Virus record (IMG/VR): IMGVR_UViG_2901201504_000001
Span: 32,001 to 96,000 of that record
Source of the DNA: a virus
Taxonomy: Duplodnaviria > Caudoviricetes
Reading direction: 5' to 3' (one strand)
DNA: 64,000 nucleotides
Each line of letters opens with the position of its first letter. Position 1 is the first letter of the stretch. The translations under genes were made by a program, and so were the position numbers. The notes under the pieces were generated by a model that worked only from the letters and a program-made list of their open reading frames with translations, did no database searches and was not told the DNA's origin. Shown in pieces: positions 41,287 through 50,849 of this stretch.

Positions 41287-41466
41287 ATGAGAGCAAGTGG
41301 GGTTAGATTAAGAACAATAGGTGCTATACCTTGTTCTGGCATTAAACATAGAAGTACAATTATTAATGATTTAAAGAGACAGTTTGGGAAGGTAAGGATA
41401 AATATTTGTGATGATCTAGTAATGTATGAAGTAAGTGAAGAAAAAGAAAGTAATTTTTTAAATTAA
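41287..41466 (+). CDS. Hypothetical protein
   Basis: RBS AGGAGG before ATG (MRASGVRLR...). Confidence 0.45.
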   Translation: MRASGVRLRTIGAIPCSGIKHRSTIINDLKRQFGKVRINICDDLVMYEVSEEKESNFLN

Positions 41467-41491
41467 AAAGTAAATTAATATAAAAAACCTA

Positions 41492-41520
41492 TTGACTACA
41501 GATAATATTTTCTATATAAT
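41492..41520 (+). promoter_or_regulatory. SigA promoter upstream of the aimR operon
   Basis: TTGACT-N17-TATAAT with operator-like AAAAAGTAAATTAAT upstream. Confidence 0.7.
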
Positions 41521-41572
41521 TCTAAATATAGGAAATAAATAGAAAATAGTTGATGTGGTGAGGTGCTGAGTA

Positions 41573-41812
41573 TTGGAGAGTTGTAAACAGCTATATCAGA
41601 TAGATGGTAGTATTGCTGCTATCATATCATTCCCAATTAATGAATCAAATGTGGATCTTGCATTAAAAACTTTGAATTTAACAGAAGAAGAATTAACAGA
41701 AGATTTTTACGATTTATGCACTAAAAACAAATTAATAATTAAAGATGTAAAGAAATTCAATTGTTCTTACAGAAAATCCTATATGAAAATATTAACTGAT
41801 TCGATTTCATAA
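41573..41812 (+). CDS. Hypothetical protein upstream of aimR
   Basis: 79-aa ORF, RBS GAGGTG. Confidence 0.45.
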   Translation: MESCKQLYQIDGSIAAIISFPINESNVDLALKTLNLTEEELTEDFYDLCTKNKLIIKDVKKFNCSYRKSYMKILTDSIS

Positions 41813-41836
41813 GGCAAAAAAGAGAGGGGTTATCTT

Positions 41837-43000
41837 ATGTGCTTATTGAAAAAAATACTAAACAAAAGAGCATCTGATGACGATACTCTCATTAAAAATT
41901 TAGCCAAGGAAATAGGGTATTCAGATACTCCAATAAGAAATTTTAAAAACAAACCAGAAAAAGAGCTTGATAGTTTTGAATCGTTAGTAAAAATGGTTAG
42001 ATATTTAGAACCTGATAGAGAAATTGAAATTATGATTGATTACTCAAACCATTTAAGATTAAATTTCAATACTGCTCGATATATGCTAGATTATCTATCT
42101 GTAAATAGACAACTAGATGAGATGAATAGCTTAATTGAAAAGATGAAAGAATCATCAAATAAAGAAAGTGCGCTTTGGGCTAAAGCATATTCATTGTTAT
42201 ATTTATGGCAAACACAATCTTTCAAGTTAGATTTAGACAAGTTTTTGAATGAAGTAAATTATTTAGTTACAAAAAACATACCTTCATTAGAAATTTTACA
42301 AAGATTGTTGAAATGTTATATATATGATCAAAAGCAATATCATAAACAAGTACTAGAGATATCTGAAGAAGTTAAATTCCTTATTGAGAAAGTAGAAGAT
42401 AATTATTTAAAAAGGGTTTATTCAGTTAAAATCAATGAAATTACATCTAATCTTAAATTATGGGTTTACAATGATTTTGATGGAGCACGAGAAGATGCAA
42501 ATAAAGTTATAGAAGCTGATTTAGGAATTGGATTTACAGCTTATGCAAAATATACAATTGCTCAATCATATTTTTATACTTCATATGATAAATCTAGAGA
42601 GTATTTCATTGATTGTATTAGACTGTATGAAACTATGAATAGGAAAGAAGTTGCAGAAGATGTTGTCGGTTCTCTTGAGTTTTTAGAAATATTTTGGGAT
42701 CAGAAAAAGCAAGATAGTAGTTTTATATTAAAAGAGAATGAGCTATATATAAAAGCTAAATTAAACATAGATATTACGGAAGACTTACATAATTTTAATG
42801 ACGAAAATAAACAAGGATTTATATTATTTCTTAAAGGTATAAATGAAAATAATACTGATTTTTTATTTAAGTCTATGATTCAAAATCTTAAAGGGGGTGA
42901 TGCCTTTAGTGCCAACGCAGCTAGACTGGAACTTCAGAATAGAGGTTTCAGTGAAGTAGTATTAAATGAACTAATAAAGATTCACGACAATCAAAAGTAA
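41837..43000 (+). CDS. aimR: Arbitrium receptor AimR (HTH + TPR, RRNPP family)
   Basis: 387 aa; N-terminal HTH (LAKEIGYS...KELDSF), ARYMLDY, helical repeats, C-terminal GDAFSA; followed by a short secreted peptide gene. Confidence 0.85.
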   Translation: MCLLKKILNKRASDDDTLIKNLAKEIGYSDTPIRNFKNKPEKELDSFESLVKMVRYLEPDREIEIMIDYSNHLRLNFNTARYMLDYLSVNRQLDEMNSLIEKMKESSNKESALWAKAYSLLYLWQTQSFKLDLDKFLNEVNYLVTKNIPSLEILQRLLKCYIYDQKQYHKQVLEISEEVKFLIEKVEDNYLKRVYSVKINEITSNLKLWVYNDFDGAREDANKVIEADLGIGFTAYAKYTIAQSYFYTSYDKSREYFIDCIRLYETMNRKEVAEDVVGSLEFLEIFWDQKKQDSSFILKENELYIKAKLNIDITEDLHNFNDENKQGFILFLKGINENNTDFLFKSMIQNLKGGDAFSANAARLELQNRGFSEVVLNELIKIHDNQK

Positions 43001-43029
43001 GGATAGGTGCTTTAAAGGAGGTGATGAAA

Positions 43030-43137
43030 ATGAAGAAATTAGCACTTATCGCATTAGCAGTTGTAGTAATTTTAGCAGTAGGTACATTATTTGGCGGAGA
43101 TTTTTCTGTCGCAGCTCGTCCACCGATGGGCGGGTGA
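43030..43137 (+). CDS. aimP: Arbitrium pro-peptide AimP: MKKLALIALAVVVILAVGTLFGGDFSVAARPPMGG
   Basis: RBS AAGGAGGTG; signal peptide plus short C-terminal peptide directly after aimR. Confidence 0.85.
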   Translation: MKKLALIALAVVVILAVGTLFGGDFSVAARPPMGG

Positions 43138-43164
43138 TTCAAAATTTAATACTTAATTAAATTA

Positions 43165-43197
43165 AAAGACGTTATTCCATTCAGGAGTAACGTCTTT
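43165..43197 (+). terminator. Hairpin between aimP and aimX
   Basis: AAAGACGTTA...TAACGTCTTT inverted repeat. Confidence 0.65.
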
Positions 43198-43264
43198 CAT
43201 AATTTTACGAAGAAATACCGATTTTTTAAAAATGAAAAATTGGAACTTTAAAGGAGAAATGATC

Positions 43265-43426
43265 ATGTTAACTAATCTAAATCAAATCACACAAACAAAT
43301 AGTAACTTTTATGAAGCGATGAAGAATGGATATCTTAGTACTGGGGAACTTAATCTTGAGCTTGCAAATGAATTATTGACTCCGGAGAATGAAGCCTTTG
43401 AAACTACTGAAATATTTCTAAAATAA
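43265..43426 (+). CDS. aimX: AimX, MazE C-terminal mimic (53 aa)
   Basis: YEAMKNGYLSTGELNLELANE..PENEA aligns by eye with the MazE/EndoAI C-terminus (MRRGYMEMAKINLNISSE..AECEA); position after aimP. Confidence 0.75.
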   Translation: MLTNLNQITQTNSNFYEAMKNGYLSTGELNLELANELLTPENEAFETTEIFLK

Positions 43427-43436
43427 GTATACTCTT

Positions 43437-43469
43437 AAAAAGCAATTCATTATCTGAGTTGCTTTTTTT
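43437..43469 (+). terminator. Terminator after aimX
   Basis: AAAAAGCAATTC...GAGTTGCTTTTTTT. Confidence 0.65.
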
Positions 43470-43491
43470 GGTAATTTTTTGTTATTAAGTA

Positions 43492-43520
43492 TTGATTTTA
43501 TTAATACGCCATATTATAAT
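43492..43520 (+). promoter_or_regulatory. SigA promoter
   Basis: TTGATT-N17-TATAAT. Confidence 0.6.
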
Positions 43521-43583
43521 GAAATTAATAAAAATTAATTAATGTAAAATATTAAAATTAAACAAAAAGAGGTTGGTGGTGAT

Positions 43584-43796
43584 ATGTCTTTTGAAAAAGA
43601 TTTTATAAGTGGTTATAAAGAATTAATGATTGAACGTGATCGAGTAATTGAAGAGGTTGAATTTATGGTCTTAGATTACATAAGGAATGTAGTAGCAGAG
43701 TATAGTCGAGAGTATTGTTATTGTATGGATGAGGAATTACTAATGAATGCTGCATCAAATGTCATTATGTCAGAGATTGAAAGAATAAGAGGATAA
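43584..43796 (+). CDS. Hypothetical protein
   Basis: 70-aa ORF after the promoter. Confidence 0.5.
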   Translation: MSFEKDFISGYKELMIERDRVIEEVEFMVLDYIRNVVAEYSREYCYCMDEELLMNAASNVIMSEIERIRG

Positions 43797-43822
43797 TTAT
43801 AAGGGAGTGATTAAGATGTGTA

Positions 43823-44212
43823 TTGCATCAAAAAGTGGGAGAGTTAGAAAGTGTGATAACAAATATTGATAATGAACGGAAAAGGCTGAATTTACTTCTG
43901 TCACAACTAGATAAAGAGTTGAATAAGCAATATCACAAAATTGAACAGGCGAATTTTAATGCAGCGGAAGGCTACTTTTTATCTAGAGAATTACAAATTA
44001 TTTTACGTAAAAGAAGGGTTGTGAAAGAAGAACTGTATACTTTAGTAAGATTAAATCAACACTTAGATGTTACCAGCGTTGTGAAGACACTTCCCAAGGT
44101 AAAAAATTGTTTGAAACAAATACATAGCGTAAAAAACACAAAAAAGAAGGATGAATGGAAAAAAGGTTGGAAAGATCACTTTAGAGCTGAAGAAATGCAG
44201 CTTCAACATTAA
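43823..44212 (+). CDS. Coiled-coil hypothetical phage protein
   Basis: YHKIEQANFNAAEGY...RKRRVVKEEL. Confidence 0.55.
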   Translation: MHQKVGELESVITNIDNERKRLNLLLSQLDKELNKQYHKIEQANFNAAEGYFLSRELQIILRKRRVVKEELYTLVRLNQHLDVTSVVKTLPKVKNCLKQIHSVKNTKKKDEWKKGWKDHFRAEEMQLQH

Positions 44213-44308
44213 TGTCAAAGTTTTATTGGAAGTTAAAAATCTGAATTTTATATGTAATATAATAATATTAAAAACTAATACACTAATATAAAACGATGGA
44301 GGGATGAA

Positions 44309-45379
44309 ATGTTTACTAAAGATGCTTACATGATTGAAGTAAATAATAAATATATTTCCAGGAGAAGACATTCAGAGTATGATAACTTAGTTATTCTGAA
44401 TTATACCGAAAATGCCACTTATGAATGAAGGTGGAATGATATTACTCTATCAGCTAGAGGATTGATTATTGATGAAAAGACTGGAGAAGTAGTTGCAAGG
44501 CCGTTTCCTAAATTTTTTAATTACGGTGAGTTGCCGGAATACGAATCAGACATTCCATTCCATGAAACACCTGAATTCACAGTAAAGCAAGATGGTTCTT
44601 TAGGAATTAGTTATAAAGTAAATGGATATACATATTGGTCTACGAGAGGCTCATTTGAGTCAGAACAAGCTAAAGCAGCTCAAGTTATATGGGATAGAAA
44701 ATATGCAAATGTGGATATTCCAGATGAATTAACACTTTTAGTAGAGATAATTGATCCTGCAACAAGGGTGGTAGTTGATTATAAAGGTTTATCAGATTTA
44801 ATTATCATAGGTGCAGTAAATAGGTTTAATGGTTATGACTATAGCTATAAAGAATTGAAGGAATTAGGAAATAAATTAGGTATGATTGTTACGGAACAAA
44901 TCCCTCTTACTATACAAGAAGCTGTTCGATTGAAGGAAACAATAGATTATAACAGTGAAGGTTGGGTGCTACGCTGGTCTAATGGGAAACGTTTAAAAAT
45001 TAAGGGCAATAACTATCTAGATATACATAAGTTAGCATATGGATTATCTCAGAAGATGAAGACTGAATTTTGGAAAGATGAAAATATTGAAGAGTTAATA
45101 CTCAAAATGCCAGAAGAATTCAGAGAGGAAATTGAAAAATTCAATGATAGTTTAAATATCCATCTAAGCATTTTAATAAATACAGTTACTTCTTACGTAA
45201 ACACTTGTAAAGAGATGAGTAAAGATCGCAAAGAATTTGCTATGAATGTTAATATACACACTCCCAAAGAAATTAGGTATCTGATATTTAAAGAATATGA
45301 TAAAAAGCTAGATTCAAAAGTATATAGAGAGCATATCTACAAGAACTATCTAAATTACATTAATGGAGGAATAGGATGA
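44309..45379 (+). pseudogene. T4 Rnl1-like RNA ligase with in-frame TGA at codon 40
   Basis: ATG 44309 with RBS GGAGG; TGA at 44426-44428; ARGLII, ARPFPKFFN, KQDGSLG, STRGSF, EGWV, LKIK motifs. Confidence 0.8.
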
Positions 45380-46356
45380 ATAAATTAATAATGTTAGTTG
45401 GTTTACCAGCAAGTGGTAAAAGCACATTAGCGGAAAAATTATCGAAAGAATATGATGCAGAAATCGTCTCTTCAGATGAAATTAGAAAAGAGTTATTTAA
45501 TGATATTAATGATCAAACTAATAATGATACAGTTTTCAATGTAATGCATGAAAGAGTTATTAAACTCCTCAATGCCGACAGAAGTGCTATTTATGATGCA
45601 ACAAACTTAAATAGAAAGCGGAGAAAACACTTAATCAATCATGTATTTAAAGCGGATCAAAAGATTGTTTACTACATTAATGAAAGTATTGGAACTGTGT
45701 TATGTAGAGACAGTGAACGTGAAAGAAATGTAGGAGAGAAAATAATAAGTAAAATGTATAAAAATCTTCATATTCCAGTTGAAGGAGAAGGATGGGATAA
45801 GGTAATTTACGTTAATTACTACAATGATGGGTTGTTGAGATTAAAAAAGCACTATGAAGAAGTTATCACTACTGTACATTCTCATGATGAACTGTTTGGA
45901 TATCTAACTGCATATATTAGTGAGTTCAGTGAAATTCTAAATTTACCACAGGATTCTAGCTATCATTCCTTTTCAGTAAGTAGGCATACATATTATGTAC
46001 ATAACTATATTCTAGAGAACTATCATAATGAAGATAGATTAATTTTATTATGGGCAAGTTTATTTCATGATATTGGAAAATCATATTGTAAATCATTTAC
46101 TAACTTTAAGGGAGAAGAAACAAAATATGCGAATTTCATAGGACATGAATATGTTTCTTCTCAGATAGCAGCAAAACGATTAGGGATGTTAGGATACGAT
46201 GAAAACTTTATTAAAAAAATTGTAACCTTAGTACAATTCCACATGATGCCGATGAGAGCTAGTGAAAAGAAAATGAATGAAATCAATAGGCTAATTGGAG
46301 ATGATTTATATGCTAAGTTAATGATACTTAGTGAAGCAGATACGCAGGCTAAATAA
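45376..46356 (+). CDS. Polynucleotide kinase fused to an HD phosphohydrolase (Pnkp-like RNA end healing)
   Basis: GLPASGKST, SSDEIR, DATN; HD domain HSFSVSRHT, LFHDIGK, GHEYVS, HM, EAD. Confidence 0.85.
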   Translation: MNKLIMLVGLPASGKSTLAEKLSKEYDAEIVSSDEIRKELFNDINDQTNNDTVFNVMHERVIKLLNADRSAIYDATNLNRKRRKHLINHVFKADQKIVYYINESIGTVLCRDSERERNVGEKIISKMYKNLHIPVEGEGWDKVIYVNYYNDGLLRLKKHYEEVITTVHSHDELFGYLTAYISEFSEILNLPQDSSYHSFSVSRHTYYVHNYILENYHNEDRLILLWASLFHDIGKSYCKSFTNFKGEETKYANFIGHEYVSSQIAAKRLGMLGYDENFIKKIVTLVQFHMMPMRASEKKMNEINRLIGDDLYAKLMILSEADTQAK

Positions 46357-46385
46357 AAAGTCGATGTTATTAGGAGGTAGGGAAT

Positions 46386-46520
46386 ATGTTTTTATGTGAG
46401 AAATGTTTGGATGATAATTTTAAGAATTTCGCAATACCTTTTAGTCGTGGAAAATGTGAATTCTGTGAAAAAGTTAAAGTATGTGTAGATATTCCAAGTA
46501 AGTTTCTAGTGAAGAGATAG
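46386..46520 (+). CDS. 44-aa Zn-finger microprotein
   Basis: CEKC...CEFC; RBS AGGAGG. Confidence 0.5.
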   Translation: MFLCEKCLDDNFKNFAIPFSRGKCEFCEKVKVCVDIPSKFLVKR

Positions 46521-46549
46521 ACACGATTTTATTCTAATTAAGAACGATT

Positions 46550-46759
46550 ATGCGAAGGAATGGTGTGACTATGAGTAGTGAAAGAACGGTGAAAGAATTA
46601 AAAGAGGACATCAAACGAGAAATAGAAGCAACTCGGACTTTAAGAGAAACTGGAAGCGGATTTTACTATGAATATAAAGATTGGCAGTCAAAAAAGGATT
46701 GTGAGAGATTAGAGAAATTATTAAATGAAATTATCTATTTCGAATGGGAGTATTGTTGA
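46550..46759 (+). CDS. Hypothetical protein
   Basis: 69-aa ORF. Confidence 0.4.
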   Translation: MRRNGVTMSSERTVKELKEDIKREIEATRTLRETGSGFYYEYKDWQSKKDCERLEKLLNEIIYFEWEYC

Positions 46760-46825
46760 GTGATTCTGTCATATAGCGTAGAAACTAAATAAAAGAACAA
46801 TTTCATTTTAAGGGTGGGGTGAAAA

Positions 46826-47206
46826 ATGTCAGTTAACGTATTTTGTGATGCATCTGTTAATAATAAAAAGCAAATGGCCGTATTGGGAGCAATAATAAGA
46901 CATAAAAATGAAATAATACATAAAAACCAATGCGTTGTAGAGAATGTTTCTGGTGGATCGTATCATGGGGAATTATTAGCTATAGAAATGACTGTGAATC
47001 TTTTGAAAGAATTGAATATGAGCCAAGTTAAAGTATTTACAGATTGTCAAAGTGCAGTTTATAGATTGCGAAACCAGCTAAAGAAAGGTGCAAAACACAG
47101 AAAACGCATTGAAAAGATAAAAGAAAAAGCTAAAGAATTAGAACTTGAATTCCATTGGATTCCAAGAGAGAGAAATAAAACTGTTGATAAATTAACAAGA
47201 ATATAA
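46826..47206 (+). CDS. RNase H-like protein
   Basis: VFCDAS, GELLAI, VFTDCQ, WIPRERNKTVD. Confidence 0.85.
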   Translation: MSVNVFCDASVNNKKQMAVLGAIIRHKNEIIHKNQCVVENVSGGSYHGELLAIEMTVNLLKELNMSQVKVFTDCQSAVYRLRNQLKKGAKHRKRIEKIKEKAKELELEFHWIPRERNKTVDKLTRI

Positions 47207-47237
47207 ATTAATAAATTTTATAAAGGGAGATAATTGA

Positions 47238-47942
47238 ATGAGAAAAGAAGCGTTTAAAGCACTTGTAGGATCACATAATTATAATCTTAACGATGCCGAC
47301 TCTGACAAAGATTATAAGCTGTTTTATTATCCAACATTTGACGATTTGTATTTCGGTGATAAAGTTTCAAAATCCAAAGTTAGCAAGACAGAAGACATTG
47401 AGTTCCATGATATTAGGAAATTACCTGATATGCTATGGAAAAGTAATGTAAATTTCATGGAAGTATTGTTTTCTACAGAAGTAGTAGCTAATGATAATTT
47501 GTATAAAGAACTTCATCAAAAGAGAGAATCTATTGCTCGAATGAACCTTCCATATTTGTATGATGCTTGTATGGGGATGTATTTTAATAAACGTAAATCA
47601 TATGATAAACAAAATGAAAAAGGTGACGAAAAAGCAGCAAATAAACACATCATGGGAGCTTTTAGGATTCTGGATTTCCTTTTCAGATATCAGCAAGGAG
47701 ATTTTTTGAACTTTGAAGAGTCAATAAATTATCATAATGAAGATCCTTATAGAGACTTCCTGTTTACGGCTAAAGAAGGTAAAGTTTTTAATGTGATTGA
47801 TAGATTAAACAATAAGCTAAGGATTATAGAAGAAATTAAACATAGATATAAAGATCAAGAACTTGATCACGGTGTAAATAAGTTTGTAATTGATACAGTT
47901 AAACATTATGTAAAAGAAAATATATATGAAGAATTAAATTAA
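47238..47942 (+). CDS. Pol-beta-family nucleotidyltransferase (YcgL/RlaP-like)
   Basis: VGSHNYNL..DSDKD motif; HDIRK, KSNVNFMEVLFS. Confidence 0.8.
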   Translation: MRKEAFKALVGSHNYNLNDADSDKDYKLFYYPTFDDLYFGDKVSKSKVSKTEDIEFHDIRKLPDMLWKSNVNFMEVLFSTEVVANDNLYKELHQKRESIARMNLPYLYDACMGMYFNKRKSYDKQNEKGDEKAANKHIMGAFRILDFLFRYQQGDFLNFEESINYHNEDPYRDFLFTAKEGKVFNVIDRLNNKLRIIEEIKHRYKDQELDHGVNKFVIDTVKHYVKENIYEELN

Positions 47943-47999
47943 TATAAAATACCATTTTCATCGTTCGAAAATAAATTAATACAAAAAGGGAGAGAATGG

Positions 48000-48407
48000 A
48001 TGAAAGAAATTTTGGAATATATTTTACCTCCAGGTGATCAAATCATTAAATATGATCAAGTAAACGAAAAAATCTTGCTAGAACATAGAATGACAACATC
48101 TCTATATGACTATATCGAAGTAGTTACAAATTATTATGACGATGATGAAATGCCATATATCAACAATTGGACTGACGTTGAATGTATGGGATATGGTTGG
48201 GCTTGGTTGAATTATGAAGAAAAAGATTGGCATAAAATGATGGGTAAACTTGTTTCTGACACAGCAGATTTATTGTTGCTAAATATGGATAATGCCCTAT
48301 ATTTTGTTTATGAAAACGAGAAGGTAAGAACTTATCATTTTGTATCTCTAGATGACTGGAGAGAAGATAAATTAATTAGTTTTTCAAATGAGGAAATTGA
48401 TTTTTAA
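48000..48407 (+). CDS. Hypothetical protein
   Basis: 135-aa ORF with RBS. Confidence 0.5.
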   Translation: MKEILEYILPPGDQIIKYDQVNEKILLEHRMTTSLYDYIEVVTNYYDDDEMPYINNWTDVECMGYGWAWLNYEEKDWHKMMGKLVSDTADLLLLNMDNALYFVYENEKVRTYHFVSLDDWREDKLISFSNEEIDF

Positions 48408-48457
48408 TTAGTATATAAAGAGTCGATATTCCACAACATAATTTTAAAAAGGAATTT

Positions 48458-49312
48458 GTGACAATGTTAATATCACCAATGTTATTACATACAGCTATAG
48501 AACCATTTAATGATGAGAACTGGATATTTGAAATTAAATATAACGGTGTTCGTTTGTTATTAGATACAGATGGACATAACCAAACACTATATACTCGACA
48601 TGGAACTATACTAAATGGTCGTTTAGCTGAATTAAATAATCTAGAACTACCTAATTGTTTATTAGATGGTGAATTAGTTTGTTTTAACAATAAGGGATTA
48701 GAGGACTTTGAAGGAGTGATGTCTCGTGTAAATTCTAAAAGTATAAGATCAATCAATAAGGGAGTAGTAAATTTACCAATTACATATGTTGTATTTGATG
48801 TATTGAGATTTAAAGGCAAAAAGATAATGAAGTACGAGCTTATAGATAGAAAAGAAATACTTAATGAACTCTTTGAAGACAGTGAAGTGCTTAGGAAATC
48901 TATATCAATCCAATGTGATGGAAAACATCTGTTTAGTGAAGTTGAAAAAATCGGACTAGAAGGAATTGTAGCAAAGAAAATCCATTCTAAATATCAACCT
49001 GATACACGCTCAAATAATTGGTTAAAAATAATCAATTGGAGATACTATGAATGTTTTATTGCAGGCTATAAAAAGAATGGAACTGGTTTTCTAATAACAT
49101 TTGCTGATAGTAATAAGAGTGCTGGATTATTGGAATTTGGAATGAATCCAATGCAGAAACAGGCTTTCTATGGGGTAGTTGCAGGAATCAAAACAGGTGA
49201 AAATAATCAATATGTTTTCATTGAACCTGTGATTAAATGCAAAATTAAAGGGAGAGGAGTACTTAAAAGTGGATGCGTTATGACACCAGTGTTTGTTGAT
49301 TTTATTTTGTAG
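48458..49312 (+). CDS. ATP-dependent DNA ligase (LigB/YoqV-like)
   Basis: PML, FEIKYNGVR, LDGEL, VFDVL, LEGIVAK, WLKI. Confidence 0.88.
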   Translation: MTMLISPMLLHTAIEPFNDENWIFEIKYNGVRLLLDTDGHNQTLYTRHGTILNGRLAELNNLELPNCLLDGELVCFNNKGLEDFEGVMSRVNSKSIRSINKGVVNLPITYVVFDVLRFKGKKIMKYELIDRKEILNELFEDSEVLRKSISIQCDGKHLFSEVEKIGLEGIVAKKIHSKYQPDTRSNNWLKIINWRYYECFIAGYKKNGTGFLITFADSNKSAGLLEFGMNPMQKQAFYGVVAGIKTGENNQYVFIEPVIKCKIKGRGVLKSGCVMTPVFVDFIL

Positions 49313-49377
49313 ATGTAGTCAGTTTAGTAGATATAGTTTGAAGATAAATTAATCTAAAAAAATAAAGGAGCGAGTGA

Positions 49378-49680
49378 ATGTCGTATTTTGAATTTAATGA
49401 ACCTTATTACGCGTTAGTAAAAACACATCAGACAACAGTTGACAGAAGAATTATAAATCAATATGTCTCCCTATACGAAGAACATGTTGCAAAACTAGAT
49501 GGGATTTATGATGTAATAAAATTTAGAAATGCACAAGGTAGAAATGTTTGGGAAGATGAAGCGTTCTTTATATTTTCAAGAGCGAAAGAAAATGAAGCTA
49601 AGTCATTTGACGAATTAAAAGAGATTTTTAAAGAAATACCTTTTAACTCAATTGTCGTATTAGATAATGCATTATCTTAA
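49378..49680 (+). CDS. Hypothetical phage protein
   Basis: YFEFNEPYYALVK; RBS AAGGAG. Confidence 0.5.
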   Translation: MSYFEFNEPYYALVKTHQTTVDRRIINQYVSLYEEHVAKLDGIYDVIKFRNAQGRNVWEDEAFFIFSRAKENEAKSFDELKEIFKEIPFNSIVVLDNALS

Positions 49681-49719
49681 TTACATAATAAATGATTTAT
49701 TTTATAAGGAGATGATGTA

Positions 49720-49983
49720 TTGGTGAGAGAACAAGTACAATGGTTTGCTAAACAAATGGAAGCTAAATTAATTAATAATGATTTTAAAGGTGGTTGGGAT
49801 GATTGTGATTTATTTGTATTAATAGAGAAATTGGAAGATGAAGTTGCTGAATTGAAGTCATCATTTTTTGATTATCTTAATATTAATGCAGAAAGTCCAG
49901 ATATAATATCTGAAGCGGCTGATGTTGCAAACTTTTCAATGATGATTGCTGATATAGCAAGAAAAAGATTAAAAGTTAAGTAA
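49720..49983 (+). CDS. MazG-like nucleotide pyrophosphatase fold protein
   Basis: KLEDEVAEL...EAADVANFSMMI (ExxE...ExxD). Confidence 0.55.
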   Translation: MVREQVQWFAKQMEAKLINNDFKGGWDDCDLFVLIEKLEDEVAELKSSFFDYLNINAESPDIISEAADVANFSMMIADIARKRLKVK

Positions 49984-50431
49984 TTAAGATTTATAGGGAG
50001 ATGATAAAATATGGAACGAGAAATTCAATGGTTAGTAAGAAAAGAAAACGAGTGCAACTCGAAGATTTGGTGAAGAATAAAATAGTCATATTATTATTTA
50101 ATTAACACTATATACAGTGATTTGTGGTTATATATTTTGAGGGGAGTTGCATAAGTGAAAAGAAATGATTTTGAATCACTTAAAATAAAAGCTAAAAAAA
50201 CGAAACTATAAGAAACTTTTTAGATAATGAAGAAAAACGTGATAATCCATTCTTCAAAGGATATAAAAGTAAACAGTTCTTCAATTTTGAGAAAGGGACT
50301 GATATTAAATAAAAATTAAAGTAGATTTAAAGGTGCTGACATTAGTCGAGGAATACAGTCATGTAACTATTGGATTGTTTTTAGGTGAACGACTAATTAA
50401 TATTGTAGCTGTAAAGGAGTGAATCGTTGAG

Positions 50432-50614
50432 ATGTTCAATGTAAAATGCTGTATTTGCAAAGAAGAAACCAATAGTCCATATACGTCAATTAAACATTTA
50501 GGTAATGGGAAAGCAAAGGTTTATAGTGGGCATAAGAGATGTTTGTCATTATTAGAAACAAAGCTGAAGTTAGGTGACAAAGTAGATTATGACTTGATTA
50601 ATGTTAAGGGGTGA
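50432..50614 (+). CDS. Small Zn-binding hypothetical protein
   Basis: CCIC...HKRC. Confidence 0.45.
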   Translation: MFNVKCCICKEETNSPYTSIKHLGNGKAKVYSGHKRCLSLLETKLKLGDKVDYDLINVKG

Positions 50615-50849
50615 TTATGTGAAAGCAATCTATAAAGGTTTCGAAATAAATGTGGAACGTAGTGGAATACTATACTTTACTGTAATGGAGCTGGATACTC
50701 ATTGGCCATTAGTTGATAGTTTTGAAGATTCAAGTGAAACAATTAGAGAAAAGATAAAACAATTGAAAGAAGTTGTTGATGATTACTTAGAGAACCCAAG
50801 TGATTATATAGATGAGGAGGACATGGATGAAGAAAGCATTTGTAGTTAG
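50601..50849 (+). CDS. Hypothetical protein
   Basis: 82-aa ORF overlapping its neighbours. Confidence 0.45.
   Translation: MLRGDYVKAIYKGFEINVERSGILYFTVMELDTHWPLVDSFEDSSETIREKIKQLKEVVDDYLENPSDYIDEEDMDEESICS

Noticed and set aside
42951-42985. GTGAA-N25-TTCAC as the AimR operator
   Set aside because: The spacing matches the 25-bp spacer of the SPbeta AimR site, but only 5 bp pair and it lies inside coding sequence; too weak without binding data
42948-43142. 64-aa minus-strand ORF in the ORF track
   Set aside because: Antisense shadow of aimP, which has the RBS, signal peptide and expected position
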